Positions 1-7,220 of a DNA stretch of 64,000 nucleotides are shown here, piece after piece. Origin of the DNA: Vicinamibacterales bacterium (GTDB lineage: Bacteria > Acidobacteriota > Vicinamibacteria > Vicinamibacterales > UBA8438). Within the stretch, counting starts at the first letter, position 1; every line of letters begins with the position of its first letter. The position numbers and the translations under genes were made by a program. Below the pieces are notes generated by a model that searched no databases, was not told the origin of the DNA, and worked only from the letters and a program-made list of their open reading frames with translations. The DNA lies in contig OZ242323.1 in the NCBI GenBank assembly GCA_965208165.1, forward strand, positions 4,851,617 through 4,915,616, in the 5' to 3' direction.

Positions 1-308
1 TCTACACGCTGTTGTTCACGTCCCCCTACGGCGTCGGCCGCAACCTGGGCCGGGCCCAGTCGCAGTGGGGCACCGACATCGCCGCGGCTACGCGAGCCCG
101 CTACGAAGAGATGGTCGTGTCCACCCGGTTCCGCACGCTGGTGCCGCAGGTCGCGGCCGACATCGCCCGGAGGCACCAGCTGACCAGCCACCAGTACCGG
201 GTGACGTACCGGCCGCCGGAGGACGCGTCCGACCAGCCGCGCATTCAGGTCGGGTCCGCGCGCACGGGTATCGCCGCCATGCCGACGGACAACGGGAACA
301 TCCCCTGA
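1..308 (+). CDS. VWA-related secreted protein, C-terminal fragment (5' end outside window)
   Basis: Frame is open from the window edge to TGA at 306-308. The C-terminal tail (HQLTSHQYRVTYRPPEDASDQPRIQV...MPTDNGNIP) parallels the C-terminus of the 4543-5520 product (HRLMSNQYLLTYTPPENATAQSVIRL...TPTRDGKIP). Confidence 0.6.
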   Translation, partial: YTLLFTSPYGVGRNLGRAQSQWGTDIAAATRARYEEMVVSTRFRTLVPQVAADIARRHQLTSHQYRVTYRPPEDASDQPRIQVGSARTGIAAMPTDNGNIP

Positions 309-564
309 GGTCGGTTGCCGGGCCGGACGCGAGCGGCTGCAGGACGACCGTCATCGCCCTGCAGCCCCCGCCACCGGCAGCCTGACCTGTGCGGGTTGAC
401 GCTCGCCGACGCCAACCACCAACCGCGTCCGCCAGCCGGCGTGAATCCGGCTGACGCGGGCCACTGGACAGCGGGCCTCTCTCAGAACGGGGGCGGCGGA
501 CGGGGCGGCGGACCCAGGAGTCCCGGCTGCTCAGCCTGATCGGCGACGACGCCCGCCGGGCCTC

Positions 565-2463
565 TCAGAACGGGAGCGTCGGATCCAGGAGTCCCGGCTC
601 CACGACCGGGCCGGGCCGGTGCTCGGGGTCGTCGTCCCGCCAGGGCGTGCGGCAGGGCCGGCCGAGGCGGTAGAGGGCCAGGTTGGCGGCCATCCGCTGC
701 GAGGTTCCAGCCTGCCCTCCCGCCGCGGCGCCCGCCATCGCCACCCGTTGCCACTCCACCGCCTCGGCGAACCGGCCCAGCTCGGCGAGGGCCATGGCCA
801 TCGTCTCGGCGACGGCCGTGGTCTTGAGCGTCTCCTCCACCGCCTGCGCCAGCGCCAGCGCCTCCGACCCGTCCCGCACCCGCGGGTCGGGGGCGGCGGC
901 CAGGAGGCGCGCGACCGCCAGCGGGAACGCCGGCTCCCCGGGATGGAGATCCATCGCCGCGCGGAGTCGCTGCAGCGACTCCGCGTAGCGGGCCAGCCGC
1001 ACGAGGGCCATCGCCTCGCCGAACCGCGCCTCCCGCCAGCCCGGCTCGAGCTCGAGCGCCCGCCGGTAGGGCGCCAATGATGCTTCGAGCCGGTCGGTCC
1101 GGCGGAGCGTGTCGGCGAGCCTGAGGTGCGCCTCGGCGTGGTCAGGCTCGTGCGTGACGGCCAGGGTGTACCGCTCGATCGCCTCCTCGTCGCGGCCGCT
1201 CCGCTCGTAGAGGGTGCCCATCGCGAAGTGCGCGGCGGCAAGCCGGGGCTCGAGGCGGACCGCCTCCTCGAGCTGGTCGAGCGCGGCGCGGGCGTCACCC
1301 GTGCGGTTCAGGGCCAGGCCGAGGTTCAGCCGCACGACGGGGAGATCGGGCGCCAGTCGGACCGCCTCCCGGAACTGGCGCACCGCCTCGGGCCAGTCGT
1401 CCCTCGCGCCGGCGTACAGCCCGAGGTCCCAATGGACCTGCGGGCTCTGCAGCGCCGTGTTGACCTCCGCCATCAGGGGATCGGGCAGGCTGACGCCGGC
1501 GCCGTCGCGGCCCCCGCTGCCGTCCAGGTAGGACTGCGCCTTCTCGAGATCGCCGAGGCCGCGGTAGGCCATGGCGAGGGGATAGCGGATCGCGGTGGCG
1601 GCGGAGTCCAGTCGCAGCGCGCCTTCCAGTAGCGCCACGGCGCCCGCGTAGTCACGCCTGGCGGCGGCGGCCCGGCCCAGCTGGAACAGCACCGCCGGCG
1701 TATCGGGATGGAGGGAGCGGGCCCGCGTCAGCAGGGGCTGGGCCGCTTCCGGCCGACCCGCGTCGATGTGGACCTGGCCCAGCCACGTGAGCGCCGCGAG
1801 ATCGTCGGGGCGCAGCCGCAGGGCCCGCTCGAAGTGGTCGACGGCCGCCGTCAGCCGCCCCGTGCTCCTGAACACGTGCCCCAGGTAATAGGGCCAGCGG
1901 AAGTCGTCGGGGGCGAGCGCCTGCGCGTTCCGGAAGCAGCCCTCCGCCTCGTCGAGGTACTCGCCGGCCATCAGCAGCCTGCCCAGCTCGCCCCAGGCCT
2001 CGCCGCGCCGCCCGGGCCCCGCCGCGGTCACCGCCGCGTACGCCTCGCGAAGCTGCGCCCGGACCGACGGGTGCGCGCGGCTGAGGTCGGGCAGCACGAA
2101 CGGCAGAAGCGCGGGGGCGGTCGAGCCCGCCTGCGACGAAGCGGCCAACCGTGGAGCCGGGTGCGGCTGGCTCCGCCCGCAGGATGGCCCCACGGACGAG
2201 GCCGTCACGCGTGCAGCCGGGGCCACGCCGCAGCTGCCGCCCGGAGTCGGCTCGACCCCGCCCCCGCGCGACGAGACGGCCGCCGCCCCGATCGGGCTGC
2301 CGGCTGCGTGGCCGCTCGCTGCCAGCAGCAGGCACGCCGCCGCGACGCCGCTCGACAGCTTCCGTCCCACCGTCACTCCAAGCCCGAAGATCGCCCCGCT
2401 GCGGCCCGGCCGCCGCGCTGACGGCGACGCCGCCCCGGCCGCCCCTTCAGGAGTCAGCCTCAC
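565..2463 (-). CDS. TPR repeat protein, probably secreted or periplasmic
   Basis: 632-aa ORF with many tandem TPR-like units (e.g. AEGCFRNAQALAPDDFRWPYYLGHVF, AVDHFERALRLRPDDLAALTWLGQV, AIERYTLAVTHEPDHAEAHLRLA). N-terminal hydrophobic segment AAACLLLAASGHAAG. The exact start is uncertain. Confidence 0.8.
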   Translation of the reverse strand: MRLTPEGAAGAASPSARRPGRSGAIFGLGVTVGRKLSSGVAAACLLLAASGHAAGSPIGAAAVSSRGGGVEPTPGGSCGVAPAARVTASSVGPSCGRSQPHPAPRLAASSQAGSTAPALLPFVLPDLSRAHPSVRAQLREAYAAVTAAGPGRRGEAWGELGRLLMAGEYLDEAEGCFRNAQALAPDDFRWPYYLGHVFRSTGRLTAAVDHFERALRLRPDDLAALTWLGQVHIDAGRPEAAQPLLTRARSLHPDTPAVLFQLGRAAAARRDYAGAVALLEGALRLDSAATAIRYPLAMAYRGLGDLEKAQSYLDGSGGRDGAGVSLPDPLMAEVNTALQSPQVHWDLGLYAGARDDWPEAVRQFREAVRLAPDLPVVRLNLGLALNRTGDARAALDQLEEAVRLEPRLAAAHFAMGTLYERSGRDEEAIERYTLAVTHEPDHAEAHLRLADTLRRTDRLEASLAPYRRALELEPGWREARFGEAMALVRLARYAESLQRLRAAMDLHPGEPAFPLAVARLLAAAPDPRVRDGSEALALAQAVEETLKTTAVAETMAMALAELGRFAEAVEWQRVAMAGAAAGGQAGTSQRMAANLALYRLGRPCRTPWRDDDPEHRPGPVVEPGLLDPTLPF

Positions 2464-2507
2464 TCCAAGACCCCCCGCTGCCCTTCCGAAGGGAGGCCAC
2501 GCCGCTC

Positions 2508-4334
2508 CTACGGCCCGGACTCCCGGCTCTCGCCGCTACCTTGTTCGAGCGTGAGCCATCGGTCCACCGCCAGGTCCGTCCAGTCTTCCTCGCGGCCGCT
2601 CGGCCAGACGACGCGGACGCGCCGTACCGCGGCGGCCTGACCCAGGCCCACCAGCACTCTCGGGTCGTTGGCCGACGCATAGCTGCCGTCGGCCCTCGCG
2701 CGGCGCCACAGCGGGGGGCCGTCGTCGCGGAACACGCCGACTCTCGCGCCGGGCATGTCGCGGCGGCCGGGCCCGCCGACCAGCCTCAATCCGATCCACC
2801 GGTTGCGGTGGCCGACCTCGTTGATCAGCAGCCGCGCCCGGCCGTCGTTGTTGGCGACGAGCACGTCCACGTCGCCGTCGTTGTCGACGTCGCCGAACGC
2901 CGCGCCCCGGCTCACCTCCGACAGCTCGAACACCGCGCCGGCCCGCCCGGTGACGTCGTCGAACCGCCCGTTCCCCAGGTTGCGGAAGAGTTGGTTGGGC
3001 TGATCGAGCGGCAGGGGCTCCCCCGCCCGCGCGGACGAGCCCCGGCCGCGCATGGCGAACCGCTGGTGACTGGCCTGGACCGCCCCGTTGACGGCCAGCA
3101 GGTCCAGCCAGCCGTCGTTGTCGAAGTCGAGCCACGCCGTCCCGAAGCCGGTGTAGGCGAGGCTCGGGGCCCCGAGGCCGATGGTCGCGGTCCGGTCCTC
3201 GAAGAGCCCGAGGCCGTCGTTGACGTAGAGGGTGTTGGTCTCGCGCGTGAGGTGGGTCATGAACAGGTCGTCGTCGCCGTCGCCGTCGAAGTCGCCGGCG
3301 TCGACCCCCATGCTGCCCTCGGTCCGGCCGCTGTCGTTGAGGGCCGCCCCCGCGAGCAGGGCGCCGTTCGTGAAGGTCCCGTCGCGCCGGTTCATCCACA
3401 ACTGGTTGGGCTCGCCGTCGTTGGCGACGTAGACGTCCGTCCACCCGTCCCCGTCGGCGTCGAAGGCTGCGACCCCGAGGGCGGCGCCGTACTCGCGCGC
3501 CACTCCTGCCTCAGCGGTGACGTCGACGAACGTCCCGTCGCCGCGATTGCGGTACAGCCGGTCGGGGATCGGCGCCCAGGCGCTCGGCCCGCAGTAGTCC
3601 CGTTCCCCGGTGCGCGTGAAGCACTCGGGCTGCGGCGTGCCCGGGCGGTGGTCAAGGTAGTTGCCGACGTACAGGTCGAGCCAGCCGTCGCGGTCGAGGT
3701 CGACGAACGACGCCGACACGCTCCACCGGGGGTCTCCGGCGCCTGACTCGTAAGTGACGTCGGTGAAGGTGCCGTCGCCGTTGTTTCGGAAGAGCTGGTT
3801 CGCTCCCAGGGCGGTGCGGTACAGGTCGACCCGGCCGTCGTTGTCGACGTCGCCCGCCGCGACGCCCATGCCGTATGCGCCGCCGTCCAGGCCGCTTCCC
3901 TCGGTAACGTCGGTGAAGCGCAGGGTGCGGGTCCCGTCGGCGTGCAGCACGAGGTCGTTCCGGTACAGACGGTCCCCAGACGGATGGTCCTCCGGTAGAG
4001 CGGCTGCCGGGTCGGTGGCCCCGTCCGAGCCGAGCATCCGACCCTGCACGAGGTAGAGGTCGAGGTCGCCGTCGCCGTCGAAGTCGAACATCGCGGCGCC
4101 CGGGGCGAGAGTCTCGCTGATGTAGAGCTCGCCCGACGCGCCGTTGAGGTGGACGAAGTCGATACCCGCCGCTTCGGCCCGGTCGGTGAACCACACCGCG
4201 CCCGCGGGCGGTTCCGGAGACTGCGGAGCCGCACGGAGGCCGCCGGACGGGACGCCGGCCCCGGCCAAGAGCAGATTCGCAAGGAGCAGCCCGGCGGCCG
4301 TGCCGCCGCCGAGACGCCGAGACATCACGCGCAC
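2508..4334 (-). CDS. CRTAC1-family FG-GAP/VCBS repeat protein with ASPIC/UnbV C-terminal domain
   Basis: Signal-like N-terminus (AAGLLLANLLLAGAG). Repeated DxDGDGxxDLYxxN...NxGDGTFxDVT motifs. C-terminal NRWIGLRLVG...GARVGV...DGSYASANDPRVLVGLG segment typical of UnbV_ASPIC. Confidence 0.9.
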   Translation of the reverse strand: MRVMSRRLGGGTAAGLLLANLLLAGAGVPSGGLRAAPQSPEPPAGAVWFTDRAEAAGIDFVHLNGASGELYISETLAPGAAMFDFDGDGDLDLYLVQGRMLGSDGATDPAAALPEDHPSGDRLYRNDLVLHADGTRTLRFTDVTEGSGLDGGAYGMGVAAGDVDNDGRVDLYRTALGANQLFRNNGDGTFTDVTYESGAGDPRWSVSASFVDLDRDGWLDLYVGNYLDHRPGTPQPECFTRTGERDYCGPSAWAPIPDRLYRNRGDGTFVDVTAEAGVAREYGAALGVAAFDADGDGWTDVYVANDGEPNQLWMNRRDGTFTNGALLAGAALNDSGRTEGSMGVDAGDFDGDGDDDLFMTHLTRETNTLYVNDGLGLFEDRTATIGLGAPSLAYTGFGTAWLDFDNDGWLDLLAVNGAVQASHQRFAMRGRGSSARAGEPLPLDQPNQLFRNLGNGRFDDVTGRAGAVFELSEVSRGAAFGDVDNDGDVDVLVANNDGRARLLINEVGHRNRWIGLRLVGGPGRRDMPGARVGVFRDDGPPLWRRARADGSYASANDPRVLVGLGQAAAVRRVRVVWPSGREEDWTDLAVDRWLTLEQGSGESRESGP

Positions 4335-4542
4335 CCGGCGATTATCACACGGCGAAAGGACGTTGTCGGTGAGGGGCGTTCAGGCGCAGCGAAGGCGCCA
4401 ACGCCCGAGGCGCGGCCGAAGAATCAACCATCGAGTCGTCGACCACGAGCCTGCGTCAATGGCTAGCACGGGTCATTCGCAGAACGCCACGGCGTACCCG
4501 GCGCAGCACGTCGACCGACATCATCACCGGCGTCGCCCCCTG

Positions 4543-5520
4543 CTACGGGATCTTCCCGTCGCGGGTCGGCGTCATCCGGACGCCGGCCCGCGTGGTCAGC
4601 AGCCTGATGACCGACTGCGCGGTCGCGTTCTCGGGCGGCGTGTAGGTCAGGAGGTACTGGTTGCTCATCAGCCGGTGCTTCCGCCCGAGGTCCTCGGCCA
4701 GGTCCGGCAGCTGGGTGCGGAACCCGATGGCCGAGCTCAGCCCGTCGTAGCTGCCGGCCGTCACCCGGCCGATGTCCATGGCCCACCGCATCTGGTCGCC
4801 GCCCTGCTTGACCCCGGTGACCGACGTGAAGGTGTACATACGGGTGTGCAGCGCGGCCCGGTTGGCGATCAGCCGTTCCATCATCTCGCGGAAGGGCCGC
4901 TCGCGCACGCGCGTGCTCCCCTCGGGGCCGTTGGTGGCGACCATCACGATGACGGGGAAGTACTCGCCCGCCTCGTCCTCGTGCAGCCGCTCCGCCTCCT
5001 CGTACAGCGCATCGAGGAAGCTGGCCGCGCCGTCCATCTCCGGCGCGATCACCCCGACCGCGTCCTCGAGCTCCATCCGGTCGGTGGTGTGCCGGACCCA
5101 GAACTGCGGCCGCCCCCCGATGGTCGCAATCGCCACCTCGATGTCCGCGGGCAGCGCGTCCACGAAGCGCCGCAGGCCCTCGCGCATGTGGTCGAGCACC
5201 GGCGGGCTCGCCAGCCCGTTGTCGACGAACACCGTCACCCGCAGCGGCCAGCGGATCGGCTCGAGGCTGAGGGCTTCACTGCGTTCGCCGTCGGTCTCGA
5301 CGAACACCTCCGCGCGGTTCATGTCGGTGACCGGGGCGCCGGCGCCGTCGGTGAAGCTGACGAAGAACGACTGGGTCTGCGCCCACGCGGCCTGGCCGGT
5401 CCAGGGCGCGCCGGACGCGATGAGGGCGAGGGCGACGAGAACGCCGACGACGGAGCGACGTGGCGTGGCTTCGGCCGTCATGTCGAGAACCTCCGGTTGC
5501 AGAACTCCGGCCTGTGTCAA
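4543..5520 (-). CDS. VWA domain-containing protein (acidobacterial VWFA-related type)
   Basis: 325-aa ORF. Signal-like VVGVLVALALIASGA, then a VWA-like core (LRVTVFVDNG...VAIATIGGRP...FLDALYEEAERL...VIVMVATNGPEGS). Paralogous tail shared with the 1-308 fragment. An alternative start is Met at 5481. Confidence 0.7.
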   Translation of the reverse strand: MTQAGVLQPEVLDMTAEATPRRSVVGVLVALALIASGAPWTGQAAWAQTQSFFVSFTDGAGAPVTDMNRAEVFVETDGERSEALSLEPIRWPLRVTVFVDNGLASPPVLDHMREGLRRFVDALPADIEVAIATIGGRPQFWVRHTTDRMELEDAVGVIAPEMDGAASFLDALYEEAERLHEDEAGEYFPVIVMVATNGPEGSTRVRERPFREMMERLIANRAALHTRMYTFTSVTGVKQGGDQMRWAMDIGRVTAGSYDGLSSAIGFRTQLPDLAEDLGRKHRLMSNQYLLTYTPPENATAQSVIRLLTTRAGVRMTPTRDGKIP

Positions 5521-5522
5521 AT

Positions 5523-5792
5523 GCTCGAACCGACTTCAGGACAGCGCCGCCGGCTCAGGTCGCAGCACTCCGGAACCGTGGCGATGCCCCGACCGACTCG
5601 GGACAGCGCCGCCAGCTCAGGTCGTCGAACTCGAGCCCGCGGCACGCCCGAGCCGGCCTCGCAGCGTCGCCAGCTCAGGTCGTCCAACTCGGGTCCGCGG
5701 CACGCCCGAGCCGGCCTCGCAGCGTCGCCAGCTCAGGTCGTCCAACTCGGGTCCGCGGCACGCCCGAGCCGGCTTCAGGGCAGCGCCGCCAG
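5523..5792. repeat. Tandem repeat, 58-bp period, about 4.6 copies
   Basis: Two identical units, GGCACGCCCGAGCCGGCCTCGCAGCGTCGCCAGCTCAGGTCGTCCAACTCGGGTCCGC, at 5641-5698 and 5699-5756. A third copy starts at 5757. Two more diverged copies lie upstream (5523-5640). The array sits between the start of the 4543-5520 gene and the stop of the 5775-6797 gene. Confidence 0.9.
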
Positions 5793-6797
5793 TATCCCCT
5801 GGGCCTGCGCCGCCTCCTCCGAGTCCGGCTCGAGGTCGACGGCCCGCTGGAACAGCGTCTTGGCGCCTTCGATGTCGCCCCGGTTCAAGGCCACCATGCC
5901 GAGCTTGAAGACGGGGGGCGCCCACTCGGGATCGGCGTCGGCCGACTTCTCGTACCAACCGGCGGCGCCGGCGACGTCGCCCTCGCTGAACGCCACCTCG
6001 CCGAGGTTGTAGAGGTCCTCGGGCGACGCGTCGCCCCCCGCGGCGGCGAGGTCCCGGGCGGCGGCGAGGTCGCCCATCAGGAGCTGCGCCCGGGCGATCT
6101 TCCGCTCGATGGCCGCGTCGTCCGGCGCGGCCGCCCGATAGCGCTCGTAGGCCGCGACCGCCGCGTCGAACTCGGCCAGGGCGCGGTGTGCATCGCCGAT
6201 GTCCTGGTGCAGGGTGGTCATCTGCGGCCACCGCGCGAGCAGCCCCGAGTAGCCGTCGATGGCGGTGCGGTAGTCCTGGCGGTTGTAGGCGGCGTCGGCC
6301 GCGGTGAGGTCGGCGACGGTCCGATCCAGCTCCGTCTCCTCGACGTCCAGCTCGGCCAGTATCGACTCCACCTGGACTGCCGCGTCCACCTTCAGCGGGA
6401 CCATGTAGAACTCGATGGGCTGCACGCAGTTCTGCATCTTGGTCGGCGTGCACGCGTTCGACTGGGCCTGCGTCACCTCGATGCGGAGCATGGCGTCCTC
6501 GTAACCCTCGGCCATGACCATCGCGTTCCAGATGCCGCTCCGCATCCACGTCAGCGCGAAGCGGCCGTCGTCGTCGGTGGCGGTCTCCAGCGGCTCGGCC
6601 AGCGTCAGCCGGTCGCCGTTGGGGCTGAATAAGGGGGGGTCGACCCGGACGAAGGCCCCGACGACAGGATCGCGGGTGCCCTCGATGAACACCCGGCCCT
6701 GGATGCGCCCTTCTTCCTGCGCAAGCCCTTCAGGCGGTCCGAGCAGGAGGAGCGCGGCGGCGAGCACGCCGTGGAGGAACCGGCGGGAGCAATGCAT
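5775..6797 (-). CDS. Carboxypeptidase-regulatory-like domain plus TPR repeat protein (secreted)
   Basis: Signal-like LAAALLLLGPPEGLAQ. CarboxypepD_reg-like IQGRVFIEGTRDPVVGAFVRV...DDGRFALT. C-terminal TPR units (AAYNRQDYRTAIDGYSGLL, GDVAGAAGWYEKSADADPEW, GDIEGAKTLFQRAVDLEPD). Confidence 0.75.
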   Translation of the reverse strand: MHCSRRFLHGVLAAALLLLGPPEGLAQEEGRIQGRVFIEGTRDPVVGAFVRVDPPLFSPNGDRLTLAEPLETATDDDGRFALTWMRSGIWNAMVMAEGYEDAMLRIEVTQAQSNACTPTKMQNCVQPIEFYMVPLKVDAAVQVESILAELDVEETELDRTVADLTAADAAYNRQDYRTAIDGYSGLLARWPQMTTLHQDIGDAHRALAEFDAAVAAYERYRAAAPDDAAIERKIARAQLLMGDLAAARDLAAAGGDASPEDLYNLGEVAFSEGDVAGAAGWYEKSADADPEWAPPVFKLGMVALNRGDIEGAKTLFQRAVDLEPDSEEAAQAQGILAALP

Positions 6798-6874
6798 GGC
6801 AACCTCGGCAGAACACGCTGGGAGCGCTGATGGCTACGGACTCTACCGACTTCAGAAAACAAGTGTTCGACAGG

Positions 6875-6886
6875 GAACACGTGTTC
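6875..6886. promoter_or_regulatory. Perfect 12-bp palindrome GAACACGTGTTC (candidate operator) upstream of the 5775-6797 gene
   Basis: Read directly from the sequence. It is preceded by a half-site copy AAGTGTTCGA at 6861-6870. It lies about 80 nt upstream of the minus-strand start at 6797, in a locally AT-richer stretch. Confidence 0.3.
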
Positions 6887-7220
6887 GATATACCGAGCGC
6901 CGGCCGATTTCGAGCGAATCGCGGCCCGCAGCCCTTCGGCGGAACGCTCCGACCACGGCAAGGCGGTCTCTCCGTCACCGTCCGTGCCGGTCACGGAGAA
7001 CCCGCCCCGGTGCCAGTTGCGAACGGTGCGAGCGACGCGTGGTCGAAACGCGGAAAACGCCGGGGAACCAGCAGGCGCCCGGCTCTCCCCGTGGACTCCA
7101 CCCGACCTCTGGACTACTTGACCGGCCGGCGTCTTTACACCTGAGTCAAGTTTCGATCGTGTTTTTTCGCCATCGACAGGGCTTGGCCTACATGTCTTGT
7201 CGGTCTGAGGCGCAGCCTCG

